From NCBI RefSeq assembly GCF_048403405.1, contig NZ_CP183129.1: a stretch of 64,000 nucleotides of DNA; one strand, written 5' to 3'. The DNA comes from Escherichia coli (lineage in GTDB: Bacteria > Pseudomonadota > Gammaproteobacteria > Enterobacterales > Enterobacteriaceae). The translations under genes and the position numbers were made by a program. Within the stretch, counting starts at the first letter, position 1; every line of letters begins with the position of its first letter. This document shows positions 1 to 10,628 of the stretch, one piece after another. Under the pieces are notes generated by a model. It was not told where the DNA came from, searched no databases, and was given only the letters and a program-made list of their open reading frames with translations.

Positions 1-2
1 TA

Positions 3-644
3 TTGATTGCCGCCGTTTGCTATGTGCTCTCCACCACCGCGATTATGGGGATGATCCCTAATGCCGCACTGCGCGTTTCTGCCTCGCCATTCGGTGATGC
101 CGCACGGATGGCGTTGGGTGACACCGCCGGGGCCATTGTTTCCTTCTGCGCAGCTGCGGGTTGCTTAGGTTCACTGGGCGGCTGGACATTGCTGGCGGGT
201 CAAACGGCGAAAGCCGCTGCCGATGACGGACTGTTCCCACCAATTTTTGCCCGTGTAAATAAAGCGGGCACGCCAGTGGCGGGGCTGATTATCGTCGGTA
301 TTTTGATGACCATCTTCCAGCTCAGCAGCATTTCACCAAACGCGACCAAAGAGTTCGGTCTGGTTTCTTCCGTCTCGGTCATCTTTACACTGGTGCCATA
401 TCTTTACACCTGTGCGGCGTTACTGCTGCTCGGCCACGGTCACTTTGGTAAAGCACGTCCGGTATATCTGGCAGTTACTACCATTGCCTTCCTCTACTGC
501 ATCTGGGCCGTGGTGGGGTCCGGGGCGAAAGAGGTTATGTGGTCATTTGTCACCCTGATGGTCATCACCGCCATGTATGCGCTGAATTACAACCGGCTGC
601 ATAAAAACCCGTATCCCTTAGATGCACCAATAAGCAAAGATTAA
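3..644 (+). CDS. adiC: arginine:agmatine antiporter, C-terminal part (5' end lies upstream of the window)
   Basis: Frame open from window start; hydrophobic APC-family transporter C-terminus recognised as AdiC; stop TAA 642-644. Confidence 0.8.
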   Translation: MIAAVCYVLSTTAIMGMIPNAALRVSASPFGDAARMALGDTAGAIVSFCAAAGCLGSLGGWTLLAGQTAKAAADDGLFPPIFARVNKAGTPVAGLIIVGILMTIFQLSSISPNATKEFGLVSSVSVIFTLVPYLYTCAALLLLGHGHFGKARPVYLAVTTIAFLYCIWAVVGSGAKEVMWSFVTLMVITAMYALNYNRLHKNPYPLDAPISKD

Positions 645-655
645 TTCCCCTTAAT
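641..655 (+). promoter_or_regulatory. candidate BasR(PmrA)-type direct repeat TTAAT-N5-TTAAT upstream of eptA
   Basis: ttaattccccttaat read directly about 95 bp upstream of the eptA ATG; PmrA-family regulators bind YTTAAK direct repeats; half-site spacing not checked against footprint data. Confidence 0.3.
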
Positions 656-668
656 CCAGCAAACATAA

Positions 669-706
669 AAGCCAACCTTAAGAACTTAAGGTTGGCTTAA
701 TTTTGC
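669..706 (+). terminator. rho-independent terminator downstream of adiC
   Basis: Perfect 14-bp inverted repeat aagccaaccttaag / cttaaggttggctt (669-682 / 685-698) followed by T-rich run aattttg. Confidence 0.65.
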
Positions 707-747
707 TTTGCGAGCATATGCGCACTTTGTTCGATGGAAACACCGTG

Positions 748-2391
748 ATGTTGAAGCGCCTACTAAAAAGACCCTCTTTGAATTTACTCGCCTGGCTATT
801 ATTGGCCGCTTTTTATATCTCTATCTGCCTGAATATTGCCTTTTTTAAACAGGTGTTGCAGGCGCTGCCGCTGGACTCGCTGCATAACGTACTGGTTTTC
901 TTGTCGATGCCGGTCGTCGCCTTCAGCGTGATTAATATTGTCCTGACACTAAGCTCTTTCTTATGGCTTAATCGACCGCTGGCCTGCCTGTTTATTCTGG
1001 TCGGCGCGGCTGCACAATATTTCATAATGACTTACGGCATCGTCATCGACCGCTCGATGATTGCCAATATTATTGATACCACTCCGGCAGAAAGTTATGC
1101 GTTGATGACGCCGCAAATGTTATTAACGCTGGGATTCAGCGGCGTGCTTGCTGCGCTGATTGCCTGCTGGATTAAAATCAAACCAGCCACCTCGCGCCTG
1201 CGCAGTGTTCTTTTCCGTGGTGCCAATATTCTGGTTTCTGTACTGCTGATTTTGCTGGTCGCCGCACTGTTTTATAAAGACTACGCCTCGTTGTTTCGCA
1301 ATAACAAAGAGCTGGTGAAATCCTTAAGCCCCTCTAACAGCATTGTTGCCAGCTGGTCATGGTACTCCCATCAGCGACTGGCAAATCTGCCGCTGGTGCG
1401 AATTGGTGAAGACGCGCACCGCAACCCATTAATGCAGAAAGAGAAACGTAAAAATTTGACCATCCTGATTGTCGGCGAAACCTCGCGGGCGGAGAACTTC
1501 TCCCTCAATGGCTATCCGCGTGAAACTAACCCGCGGCTGGCAAAAGATAACGTGGTCTATTTCCCTAATACCGCATCTTGCGGCACGGCAACGGCAGTTT
1601 CAGTACCGTGCATGTTCTCGGATATGCCGCGTGAGCACTACAAAGAAGAGCTGGCACAGCACCAGGAAGGCGTGCTGGATATCATTCAGCGAGCGGGCAT
1701 CAACGTGCTGTGGAAAGACAACGATGGCGGCTGTAAAGGCGTTTGCGATCGCGTACCTCACCAGAACGTCACCGCGCTGAACCTGCCTGGTCAGTGCATC
1801 AACGGCGAATGCTATGACGAAGTGCTGTTCCACGGGCTGGAAGAGTACATCAATAACCTGCAGGGTGATGGCGTGATTGTCTTACACACCATCGGCAGCC
1901 ACGGTCCGACCTATTACAACCGCTATCCGCCGCAGTTCAGGAAATTTACCCCAACCTGCGATACTAACGAGATCCAGACCTGTACCAAAGAGCAACTGGT
2001 GAACACTTACGACAACACGTTGGTTTACGTCGACTATATTGTTGATAAAGCGATTAATCTGCTGAAAGAACATCAGGATAAATTCACCACCAGCCTGGTT
2101 TATCTTTCTGACCACGGTGAGTCGTTAGGTGAAAATGGCATCTATCTGCACGGTCTGCCTTATGCCATCGCCCCGGATAGCCAAAAACAGGTACCAATGC
2201 TGCTGTGGCTGTCGGAGGATTATCAAAAACGGTATCAGGTTGACCAGAACTGCCTGCAAAAACAGGCGCAAACGCAACACTATTCACAAGATAATTTATT
2301 CTCCACGCTATTGGGATTAACTGGCGTTGAGACGAAGTATTACCAGGCTGCGGATGATATTCTGCAAACTTGCAGGAGAGTGAGTGAATGA
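748..2391 (+). CDS. eptA: lipid A phosphoethanolamine transferase (sulfatase-family membrane enzyme)
   Basis: ORF 703-2391 trimmed to ATG 748 ([14 protein letters not shown]...), giving 547 aa; N-terminal TM helices plus sulfatase-like domain; stop overlaps basR start (ATGA). Confidence 0.9.
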   Translation: MLKRLLKRPSLNLLAWLLLAAFYISICLNIAFFKQVLQALPLDSLHNVLVFLSMPVVAFSVINIVLTLSSFLWLNRPLACLFILVGAAAQYFIMTYGIVIDRSMIANIIDTTPAESYALMTPQMLLTLGFSGVLAALIACWIKIKPATSRLRSVLFRGANILVSVLLILLVAALFYKDYASLFRNNKELVKSLSPSNSIVASWSWYSHQRLANLPLVRIGEDAHRNPLMQKEKRKNLTILIVGETSRAENFSLNGYPRETNPRLAKDNVVYFPNTASCGTATAVSVPCMFSDMPREHYKEELAQHQEGVLDIIQRAGINVLWKDNDGGCKGVCDRVPHQNVTALNLPGQCINGECYDEVLFHGLEEYINNLQGDGVIVLHTIGSHGPTYYNRYPPQFRKFTPTCDTNEIQTCTKEQLVNTYDNTLVYVDYIVDKAINLLKEHQDKFTTSLVYLSDHGESLGENGIYLHGLPYAIAPDSQKQVPMLLWLSEDYQKRYQVDQNCLQKQAQTQHYSQDNLFSTLLGLTGVETKYYQAADDILQTCRRVSE

Positions 2392-3056
2392 AAATTCTGA
2401 TTGTTGAAGACGATACGCTGTTATTGCAGGGATTGATTCTGGCGGCGCAAACCGAAGGCTACGCGTGCGATGGCGTGACAACCGCGCGGATGGCGGAACA
2501 AAGCCTTGAGGCCGGTCATTACAGCCTGGTGGTACTGGATTTAGGGTTACCCGACGAAGATGGACTGCATTTTCTCGCCCGTATCCGGCAGAAAAAATAC
2601 ACCCTGCCGGTACTGATCCTCACCGCTCGCGATACGCTGACCGACAAAATCGCCGGGCTGGATGTCGGTGCCGATGACTATCTGGTGAAGCCTTTTGCGC
2701 TGGAAGAGTTACACGCCCGTATCCGCGCCCTGCTACGACGCCATAATAATCAGGGCGAAAGTGAGCTGATTGTTGGCAATCTGACGCTGAATATGGGTCG
2801 CCGTCAGGTATGGATGGGCGGTGAAGAGTTGATTCTGACGCCCAAAGAATATGCTCTGCTGTCACGGTTAATGCTCAAAGCAGGCAGTCCGGTGCATCGG
2901 GAAATTCTCTACAACGACATCTATAACTGGGACAATGAACCCTCGACTAACACCCTGGAAGTGCATATCCACAATCTGCGCGACAAAGTGGGCAAAGCCC
3001 GTATCCGCACCGTGCGCGGCTTTGGCTATATGCTGGTCGCAAATGAGGAAAACTAA
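2388..3056 (+). CDS. basR: two-component response regulator (OmpR/PhoB family)
   Basis: 222 aa; receiver domain plus winged-helix domain; sits between eptA and basS as in K-12. Confidence 0.9.
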   Translation: MKILIVEDDTLLLQGLILAAQTEGYACDGVTTARMAEQSLEAGHYSLVVLDLGLPDEDGLHFLARIRQKKYTLPVLILTARDTLTDKIAGLDVGADDYLVKPFALEELHARIRALLRRHNNQGESELIVGNLTLNMGRRQVWMGGEELILTPKEYALLSRLMLKAGSPVHREILYNDIYNWDNEPSTNTLEVHIHNLRDKVGKARIRTVRGFGYMLVANEEN

Positions 3057-3065
3057 TTGAATCTG

Positions 3066-4157
3066 ATGCGTTTTCTGCGCCGACCAATATCGCTGCGCCA
3101 ACGGCTGATATTGACCATTGGGGCCATTTTGTTGGTGTTTGAGCTGATCAGCGTCTTCTGGCTATGGCATGAAAGTACCGAGCAGATTCAGCTGTTTGAG
3201 CAGGCGCTACGCGACAATCGCAACAACGATCGCCACATCATGCGTGAGATCCGCGAGGCGGTCGCCAGCCTGATCGTCCCCGGCGTCTTTATGGTCAGCC
3301 TGACGCTATTTATCTGCTATCAGGCGGTACGCCGCATCACCCGCCCGCTGGCGGAGCTGCAAAAAGAGCTGGAAGCGCGCACCGCCGACAACTTAACGCC
3401 CATTGCCATTCACAGCGCCACCCTCGAAATCGAAGCGGTGGTTTCGGCGTTAAACGATCTGGTCAGTCGCCTGACCAACACGCTGGATAACGAAAGGTTG
3501 TTTACCGCTGACGTCGCGCACGAACTGCGAACGCCACTGGCGGGGGTGCGTTTGCATCTGGAACTGCTGGCGAAAACGCATCACATTGATGTAGCACCGT
3601 TAGTGGCACGGCTTGATCAGACGATGGAGAGCGTCTCCCAGCTGCTGCAACTGGCGCGTGCCGGACAGTCATTTTCTTCCGGTAATTATCAACATGTAAA
3701 ACTGCTGGAAGATGTCATTCTCCCCTCGTATGACGAACTCAGTACCATGCTCGACCAGCGACAGCAAACCCTGCTATTGCCAGAGAGCGCCGCCGACATC
3801 ACCGTTCAGGGTGATGCAACCCTGCTGCGGATGTTATTGCGAAACCTGGTAGAAAACGCCCATCGTTACAGCCCGCAAGGCAGCAACATTATGATTAAGC
3901 TGCAAGAAGATGGCGGAGCGGTCATGGCCGTTGAAGATGAAGGACCGGGTATTGATGAGAGTAAATGCGGGGAGTTGAGTAAAGCGTTTGTACGTATGGA
4001 CAGCCGTTATGGCGGGATTGGTCTGGGGTTAAGTATTGTCAGCCGCATTACACAGTTGCATCACGGGCAGTTTTTCCTGCAAAACCGGCAAGAGACTTCC
4101 GGCACGCGGGCCTGGGTACGGCTGAAGAAAGATCAGTACGTGGTAAACCAGATATAA
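3066..4157 (+). CDS. basS: two-component sensor histidine kinase
   Basis: ORF-track TTG start 3057 trimmed to ATG 3066 (MRFLRRPISL...), 363 aa; HAMP, H-box (ELRTPLA) and ATPase motifs. Confidence 0.88.
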   Translation: MRFLRRPISLRQRLILTIGAILLVFELISVFWLWHESTEQIQLFEQALRDNRNNDRHIMREIREAVASLIVPGVFMVSLTLFICYQAVRRITRPLAELQKELEARTADNLTPIAIHSATLEIEAVVSALNDLVSRLTNTLDNERLFTADVAHELRTPLAGVRLHLELLAKTHHIDVAPLVARLDQTMESVSQLLQLARAGQSFSSGNYQHVKLLEDVILPSYDELSTMLDQRQQTLLLPESAADITVQGDATLLRMLLRNLVENAHRYSPQGSNIMIKLQEDGGAVMAVEDEGPGIDESKCGELSKAFVRMDSRYGGIGLGLSIVSRITQLHHGQFFLQNRQETSGTRAWVRLKKDQYVVNQI

Positions 4158-4222
4158 AGAAAGCTGCTGACCACCAGCACGCTGAACACGGTAGTTAAAC
4201 TTTCATAAACACGGTTTTTCAT
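4133..4222 (-). CDS. pmrR: small membrane peptide PmrR, 29 aa (MKNRVYESLTTVFSVLVVSSFLYIWFTTY)
   Basis: Hand-translated minus-strand ORF: ATG at 4222-4220, stop TGA at 4135-4133; GGAGG Shine-Dalgarno 5-9 nt upstream; overlaps last 25 nt of basS on the opposite strand; below the 60-aa ORF-track cutoff. Confidence 0.7.
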   Translation of the reverse strand: MKNRVYESLTTVFSVLVVSSFLYIWFTTY

Positions 4223-4226
4223 TGCA

Positions 4227-4252
4227 CTCTCCTCCGTTAACCTGGAGGAGAG
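4227..4252. other. 9-bp stem inverted repeat ctctcctcc-N8-ggaggagag immediately upstream of pmrR
   Basis: Read directly; on the minus-strand RNA one arm is the pmrR Shine-Dalgarno GGAGGAGAG; no T-run on either side. Confidence 0.35.
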
Positions 4253-4292
4253 TATGCGCGTCAGAGATTAAGTGAACCTTAAGACTTCAATT

Positions 4293-4318
4293 GGCCTGAT
4301 AAGACAGCGTCTCAGGCC
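4293..4318 (-). terminator. REP-like hairpin downstream of proP (probable proP terminator)
   Basis: ggcctgataagacagcgtctcaggcc palindrome 13 bp beyond the proP stop codon. Confidence 0.45.
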
Positions 4319-4330
4319 ATCCGTTTCAGC

Positions 4331-5833
4331 TTATTCATCAATTCGCGGATGTTGCTGCACCAGGCGGGTACGTTTCGCCTGCAAATCGGCAATCTCGTGG
4401 TCAATATCATCGATTTTCTGCTCGATATTATCGTAATGCTCGACGAGAATTTCCTTCGCTTCCTGTATATCTGACGCCGCCGGTGTCGCACCTTTCAACG
4501 GACGATTTGCCGTCTCTTTCATGGTTACGCCGGTGATTAAACCAACCACCGCCACTACCATCAGGTAATAGGCAGGCATCATCAGATTCTGCGAGCTTTC
4601 GACCAGCCAGGCCGCCAGTGTTGGCGTCAGACCGGCAACCAGCACCGAAATATTAAATGCCGCCGCCAGCGCGCTGTATCGGATATGCGTCGGGAACATC
4701 GCTGGCAAGGTAGAAGCCATAACGCCCGTAAAGCAGTTAAGGATCACCGCCAGCATCAGTAACCCGGCAAAAATCAGGCCGATGACGTTACTGTTAATCA
4801 GAATAAACGCCGGGATCGCCAACACAAACAGTGCAACACTACCAAGTAGCACAAACGGACGACGGCCAAAACGGTCACTCAGCAAGCCCATCACCGGCTG
4901 GACAAACAGCATACCGATCATAATGGCGATAATAATCAGCACCCCGTGGTCTTCGGAGTAATGCAGGTTATGCGACAAATAACTCGGCATATAGGTCAGC
5001 AACATGTAGTAAGTCACGTTGGTGGCAATTACCAGACCAATACACGTCAACAGGCTGCGCCAGTGTTTGGTGGCAATCTCTTTAAACGAGACTTTCGGGC
5101 CATCCTGCAAACCTTCGCGGTCGCCCTGTTCCAGTTTATCAACATGCTGCTGGAACGCCGGAGTCTCTTCCAGCGCATGGCGCAGGTAAAGCCCGATAAT
5201 CCCTAACGGCAGAGCAATAAAGAACGGAATACGCCAGCCCCAGTCGAGGAAGTTCGCTTCGCCGACAATGGTCGAAATTAACACCACCACGCCCGCACCC
5301 AGCACAAACCCGGCAATAGAACCGAAGTCCAGCCAGCTGCCCATAAATCCACGTTTACGGTCAGGGGAGTATTCCGCAACAAATATCGACGCCCCGGTAT
5401 ATTCACCGCCGACCGAGAAACCTTGTGCCATCTTACAGATCAACAGCAGAATCGGTGCCCAAATACCAATCGTATCGTAGGACGGTATTAAGCCAATACA
5501 GAACGTACTGATCGACATAATCACAATAGTGATAGCGAGGATCTTCTGGCGACCATATTTATCGCCCAACATACCAAAGAAGAGTCCACCAAGCGGTCGA
5601 ATCAGAAAGGGAACGGAGAAAGTGGCAAGTGCAGCAACCATCTGCACGCTGGGGTCAGCCCCCGGGAAAAAAACTTTACCTAATGCGTAAGCAACAAAAC
5701 CATAAACACCAAAATCAAACCATTCCATTGCATTACCCAGTGATGCTGCGGTAATGGCTTTACGCAGTTTACCGTCATCAATAATGGTGACATCACGAAG
5801 GGTAATTGGTTTTACTTTTTTCCTTTTCAGCAT
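4331..5833 (-). CDS. proP: proline/glycine betaine:H+ symporter (MFS osmosensory transporter)
   Basis: ORF 4331-5866 trimmed to ATG 5833 (MLKRKKVKPITLRDV...), 500 aa; MFS fold with C-terminal coiled-coil extension. Confidence 0.9.
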   Translation of the reverse strand: MLKRKKVKPITLRDVTIIDDGKLRKAITAASLGNAMEWFDFGVYGFVAYALGKVFFPGADPSVQMVAALATFSVPFLIRPLGGLFFGMLGDKYGRQKILAITIVIMSISTFCIGLIPSYDTIGIWAPILLLICKMAQGFSVGGEYTGASIFVAEYSPDRKRGFMGSWLDFGSIAGFVLGAGVVVLISTIVGEANFLDWGWRIPFFIALPLGIIGLYLRHALEETPAFQQHVDKLEQGDREGLQDGPKVSFKEIATKHWRSLLTCIGLVIATNVTYYMLLTYMPSYLSHNLHYSEDHGVLIIIAIMIGMLFVQPVMGLLSDRFGRRPFVLLGSVALFVLAIPAFILINSNVIGLIFAGLLMLAVILNCFTGVMASTLPAMFPTHIRYSALAAAFNISVLVAGLTPTLAAWLVESSQNLMMPAYYLMVVAVVGLITGVTMKETANRPLKGATPAASDIQEAKEILVEHYDNIEQKIDDIDHEIADLQAKRTRLVQQHPRIDE

Positions 5834-6096
5834 AGCTTTCCTCGCAGAGTTGGCCCATTTCCGCAAACGCCAGAAAAATCAGCGCGACGGCCGCAAAAGG
5901 GGAGCGGGAATTGCAGGATGCAATCTCTGTAACAAGCGTAGCGGGTTTGCTTACACCCTCCGGTTAAGGAATGTACAATCAAACCAGTTGACGCCTGAAT
6001 TGGGCAGTTAATGACCTTTTTACCCTACCAGTGTTTAAATTTGTGATCAACTTCACACATGTATTTCGTTTAGGACTCATTGGTGTAACTGATTAT

Positions 6097-6975
6097 TTAC
6101 ACCAAATTTACAGAGAAGATTTCCTCGACCATTGCCCCCGCCAGACGCTGCGCTGAACAGAGTCGTGGCATCCCCAGCGCGACAGTTTGCCAGCGTTGGG
6201 TCACTGACCAGCAAACGGGTTGTTTATCTGCCGTGGTCCACTTTCCCAGCCAACTTAAAAAATCAGCATGATCCCCGCCCGTCGGAATGGTCGAAGAGGC
6301 AAACCACTGATGGTAATAGTGACGCGTGGTCGGTGCCGCATTGATACTCTCTGCCAGATGTTGTGTCGCTTTCTCGCGCAAATCACCCAGCAACAACGCC
6401 ACCGCTTGCGGGCTTCCCAGACGGCAGGCATCGCCAAATGCCCCCCAGCGCAACTCCTCCAGAACGATAAAACAGCGCCCAGGCAACGACCAGGCGTTAT
6501 ACGCCCCAGCACGCCAGCGGGTAAAAATTTGCTCGCTCTGTTCACCCGCCTGCACCAGTAGGCCTCGTTGCGTTAACGCCTTTTCCTTCCAGCGACAACG
6601 GGCTGAAAACCACTCATACAAGGCGGCAATTTGCTGGGGGAGCTCCGGGAAAGCAGAGTGCTGGCGGTGATCCATTTTTTGCAGCAGCGCCAGATGCTGC
6701 GCGATCTGCGTCAGCGCCAGATGACCGGGATCCAGCATCGACGCCAGTTTTTCCACCAATGTCAGACGCAGGCTAAGCGGCGCATTTAACATCCCGCCGT
6801 TCGTCCATGCCTGAAGCTGCACACGCGCAAGAAGTTCCTGCATCAGTCGTTCACGAAACTGCTGCTGATGGGTTTGTGGATGGCGGGCATCATCGCCCTG
6901 CGCCAGATCCACTAAAAAGCGCGGATGAACCGACTCCAGCACGCGACCGGGGCCGTCCAGTAACGTCTTGATCAA
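6097..6975 (-). CDS. yjcZ: uncharacterised protein, partner of the dynamin-like yjdA
   Basis: 292 aa ORF; start overlaps yjdA stop by 4 nt (translational coupling); matches K-12 YjcZ length and position. Confidence 0.8.
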   Translation of the reverse strand: MIKTLLDGPGRVLESVHPRFLVDLAQGDDARHPQTHQQQFRERLMQELLARVQLQAWTNGGMLNAPLSLRLTLVEKLASMLDPGHLALTQIAQHLALLQKMDHRQHSAFPELPQQIAALYEWFSARCRWKEKALTQRGLLVQAGEQSEQIFTRWRAGAYNAWSLPGRCFIVLEELRWGAFGDACRLGSPQAVALLLGDLREKATQHLAESINAAPTTRHYYHQWFASSTIPTGGDHADFLSWLGKWTTADKQPVCWSVTQRWQTVALGMPRLCSAQRLAGAMVEEIFSVNLV

Positions 6976-9200
6976 TATCGTTCTGCCGTGAAAAGTGTTT
7001 GAATATCATCGCGTAACAGCTGAGCGTCGGTGTAAATCCAGCTGTGAGTCATCACAGCCTGCTGCAATTGCTGCTGCATCAGCCTGACCACCGATTCATT
7101 TTGTTGACGCAGAGCCAGGCTTTCGCGTAAACGCGTCTGTAATTCCGTCAAACATGAAGCGAACTCAGCGAAAAAAGTATTCATGCCTGCCGTAACAGAT
7201 TCATCGACCTGCTCTGCCAGAACTTTAGCCATTTGTTGGCAATAAAGATCGACTTCTGCGCTTAATGCTCGTTGCAACACACTGTAATCAACCGTCTCTG
7301 TCGGGGATTTCTCATTTCCCCGTCCCCAGTCGGGCTGATTCAACCAGCGCGAAAAAGTCTCACGCACAACGCCTAAACGCGTGCTCTGCTCGTCCGTTGC
7401 TTCCTGGCGCGAAATGACTTCACTGAACAGCTGGCGAGTGTTGAAGTGGGGAACTGCGCCGTGAAAAACAGGAAAATGAAACCCAGGACGAAACCCTGAC
7501 TCGCTCAATTCCATTTTGACTTGTTGCTCAATGGGGCGAATAACATCGGTTAACACCCGGCAAAGGGTGGATTCCAGCTCGGCAAAACGCAGCGTAAAGT
7601 CGCGACTGATGGTGTTCTGCGCCGTCTGTAACAGTGTCTCACAGCGGGTACGAATCTCGCTTAACGGCTCCGAATCATCCTGAAACAAGGCGGCTAACTG
7701 CGCATTCACCGCATCTTGCTGTTGACGCAGAAAGTAGTTGGCGGAGGTCAGGGCCAGCTCGATTTCATGTTTAATTTCGCCGCTCACCTGCGCCTGATTG
7801 AGTTGCAATAGCTGCAAACTTTCTTCGATCTGATGGATATTTTGCCGCAATTGTTCACAAGCGACGTTTAACCCGTGCGCACGAAAATCCAGGTATTCCC
7901 GCGCCTGCTGCCCGTAATTCAACAGTTTATGCGCGGCAGATCGCAGAGCATACAACGAGGCGTTAGTGTAAGCGGCATGAAGCAACGCCTGAATTGGCTT
8001 GGCGAACAGCGAATCTTCCCACAACTGATCGGCAGCATGACGAATATGTTCGAGGTCCGCCAGATCGGCATGACGCCAGCGCCTGCCGAGCGCGGCATGG
8101 GCAAAATCTTCCACCCAGCGTTGTTGCTCTGGCGCGGGTAACTTACCGTTGTTGGCTAACTCATGGCGCGCCCGATTCGCCAGGTAGCCCCACATCGACG
8201 ACACTGGAAATATCTGCTGTGGCGTAATACAGCCTTTCATCAGCGTCCCGGAAATCAGTGCCCGCACCTGGTCGGCGTCGTCACTGTTACGATCCTGTTG
8301 ATCGAACTTATTGACCAGCACATACAGCGGCACCGATTGCCCCACCGCCAAAATCGCCTCACGGACCTCTTCATCGGAGATCGATTTCAGTTGCGTATAA
8401 TCCAGCACCGCCAGTACCGCCGAGGCGCGTGCCAGCTGCTGGTTAAGCATTTTTTGCAGATGCGGTTGCCCGGCTTCATTTGGCCCGGGGGTATCCAGTA
8501 ACGTCAACTGACCGGGATAACTCTCCAGCCCCGCCAGATGGACAAACTCCACTTCAATCACGGGAATATGCTCAATGGCGGCGTAAGCAGAAAAAGGAAA
8601 ATCGACGTCCAGCGCCTTCGCCAGTCGCACCAAATCATTCAAACTTTTCAGACAATGAAAAATAGGCTGGGCACCCAGATAATATTTTTCGAAAGCGACG
8701 CCATTTTCGATCCGCTGCATAAGCGCACGCATATCTTTATCTATTTCCAGCACATCGGTCAGATGCTTAATATCGCAATCACGCAGGCGCTGTTGTAATT
8801 TTTGAATTAAACAATCGATTGGCGCGACATGTGAAAAATGCAGTACCGGTTCCTTTTGCCCGGGCGTATGGCGAATAAGCGTCGGCAGCGCAGTCATTGG
8901 GCGATTACGATTAGGCAGAACCTCCGTACCAACAATGGCATTAATGGTGGTTGATTTCCCTGCTTTCATGGTACCGACAATCGCCAGCACCATTTCCAGT
9001 CGGGAAATTTTACGCAACTCATTATTCAGCATCGCGTGACGTTCGGCGATATTAGGCTGACTCCAGGGTAAAGCCAGTTGTGGCGCATCGTCTCCGGGGA
9101 CAGAGAGAGGCATTTTTTCCAGTAACTGCAACTGTTGGCGAGAAAGCTGTAACAGGCGTTCAGCCTCCTGACTTAACTCATACAGGGTCTGTGTGTACAT
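6972..9200 (-). CDS. yjdA: bacterial dynamin-like GTPase
   Basis: 742 aa; P-loop GTMKAGKSTTINAIVGTE and long coiled-coil regions; K-12 yjdA/crfC position. Confidence 0.85.
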   Translation of the reverse strand: MYTQTLYELSQEAERLLQLSRQQLQLLEKMPLSVPGDDAPQLALPWSQPNIAERHAMLNNELRKISRLEMVLAIVGTMKAGKSTTINAIVGTEVLPNRNRPMTALPTLIRHTPGQKEPVLHFSHVAPIDCLIQKLQQRLRDCDIKHLTDVLEIDKDMRALMQRIENGVAFEKYYLGAQPIFHCLKSLNDLVRLAKALDVDFPFSAYAAIEHIPVIEVEFVHLAGLESYPGQLTLLDTPGPNEAGQPHLQKMLNQQLARASAVLAVLDYTQLKSISDEEVREAILAVGQSVPLYVLVNKFDQQDRNSDDADQVRALISGTLMKGCITPQQIFPVSSMWGYLANRARHELANNGKLPAPEQQRWVEDFAHAALGRRWRHADLADLEHIRHAADQLWEDSLFAKPIQALLHAAYTNASLYALRSAAHKLLNYGQQAREYLDFRAHGLNVACEQLRQNIHQIEESLQLLQLNQAQVSGEIKHEIELALTSANYFLRQQQDAVNAQLAALFQDDSEPLSEIRTRCETLLQTAQNTISRDFTLRFAELESTLCRVLTDVIRPIEQQVKMELSESGFRPGFHFPVFHGAVPHFNTRQLFSEVISRQEATDEQSTRLGVVRETFSRWLNQPDWGRGNEKSPTETVDYSVLQRALSAEVDLYCQQMAKVLAEQVDESVTAGMNTFFAEFASCLTELQTRLRESLALRQQNESVVRLMQQQLQQAVMTHSWIYTDAQLLRDDIQTLFTAERY

Positions 9201-9601
9201 AGAAAATTCTTCCTTAAAGCAAATTTTGTTACTTTTATTTAGCCAGATTGTTTTTGAGTTCTGTTTTCGGCTTTTATAATTACTGCAAGAAATAATTTTA
9301 TATTTAGAGTGTTGTTTTTTATTAGAATAAATAACGTCTTCCGATACGTTTAAAACGTCAGAAAGATAAAAATATCATTTGAATTAAAAAAAGAACAAGT
9401 AGAGCATTAACCTTATCTTAAATAATAAATGGAGGCAAAAAGATTATTTTCTTTTTGCGTTTCCTTTCAAATGAAAACGATCGTCGTCTAAAATCAGCAG
9501 TACCCCCGACAAACTCAGGGATTTTGTGTATAATTGCGGCCTTTTTCGGCAATCTGCCGTTTTTTGGCGCTTTTGCCCTGCTGACTTTTGAGGAAATCCA
9601 C

Positions 9602-9937
9602 ATGTCATTACCACACTGCCCAAAATGCAACTCCGAATACACCTACGAAGATAACGGCATGTACATCTGCCCGGAATGTGCCTACGAATGGAACGACGCA
9701 GAACCTGCACAGGAAAGCGACGAGCTGATCGTTAAAGATGCTAACGGCAATCTGCTGGCTGACGGCGACAGCGTTACCATCATTAAAGATCTGAAGGTGA
9801 AAGGTAGCTCTTCGATGCTGAAAATTGGCACCAAAGTGAAAAACATCCGCCTGGTTGAAGGCGACCATAACATCGATTGCAAAATCGACGGTTTTGGTCC
9901 GATGAAACTGAAATCTGAGTTTGTGAAAAAGAACTGA
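9602..9937 (+). CDS. phnA: PhnA-family zinc-ribbon protein
   Basis: ORF 9455-9937 trimmed to ATG 9602 ([17 protein letters not shown]...), 111 aa; two CxxC pairs. Confidence 0.85.
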
Positions 9938-9955
9938 TTGTATTGTGATCGGTAA

Positions 9956-10031
9956 GCCGGATAAGGCGCTCGCGCCGCATCCGGCAACGATGCCGACTGC
10001 CTGATGCGACGCTGACCGCGTCTTATCAGGC
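9956..10031. repeat. REP (repetitive extragenic palindrome) pair
   Basis: gccggataaggcgctcgcgccgcatccggc and gcctgatgcgacgc...gcgtcttatcaggc read directly between phnA and phnB. Confidence 0.75.
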
Positions 10032-10096
10032 TTCCCTCTCATCTGTATAAATTTCGAACTACACTTAAGTGGCTTCTCTTAACTGAGGTCACCATC

Positions 10097-10540
10097 ATGC
10101 CGTTAAGTCCCTACCTCTCTTTTGCCGGTAACTGTGCCGACGCAATTGCTTATTATCAACGTACGTTGGGCGCTGAACTGCTCTATAAAATCAGCTTCGG
10201 CGAAATGCCAAAATCAGCGCAGGACAGCGCCGAGAACTGCCCTTCCGGAATGCAATTTCCCGATACCGCCATCGCCCACGCCAATGTGCGCATTGCCGGA
10301 AGCGATATCATGATGAGCGATGCTATACCGTCAGGAAAAGCCAGCTACTCCGGCTTTACGCTGGTGCTCGATTCGCAACAGGTCGAAGAAGGAAAACGCT
10401 GGTTTGACAACCTTGCCGCTAACGGAAAAATCGAAATGGCCTGGCAGGAAACTTTCTGGGCGCATGGCTTCGGCAAAGTCACCGATAAATTTGGCGTACC
10501 GTGGATGATTAATGTCGTCAAACAACAACCAACGCACTAA
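10097..10540 (+). CDS. phnB: glyoxalase/VOC-family protein
   Basis: 147 aa ORF; K-12 phnB/yjdN position upstream of phnC. Confidence 0.8.
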   Translation: MPLSPYLSFAGNCADAIAYYQRTLGAELLYKISFGEMPKSAQDSAENCPSGMQFPDTAIAHANVRIAGSDIMMSDAIPSGKASYSGFTLVLDSQQVEEGKRWFDNLAANGKIEMAWQETFWAHGFGKVTDKFGVPWMINVVKQQPTH

Positions 10541-10566
10541 CCCGCCGGGAGGGCCGCCCTCCCGCA

Positions 10567-10628
10567 CTGTCATCGAAATCTCGTTAACTCTTCATCCGTT
10601 AGTCACTTTTAGTTAACAAAATCGTCAC
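10567..10628 (+). promoter_or_regulatory. PhoB-dependent phnC promoter: array of Pho-box half-sites with 11-bp periodicity
   Basis: 7-mers ctgtcat(10567), atctcgt, tcttcat, tagtcac, agttaac, tcgtcac(10622) spaced every 11 bp, followed by -10-like aataat 10629-10634; phnC ATG at 10673. Confidence 0.6.

Noticed and set aside
9455-9601. N-terminal 49-codon extension of phnA in the ORF track
   Set aside because: The extension runs through the AT-rich promoter region and lacks a Shine-Dalgarno; ATG 9602 gives the expected 111-aa protein
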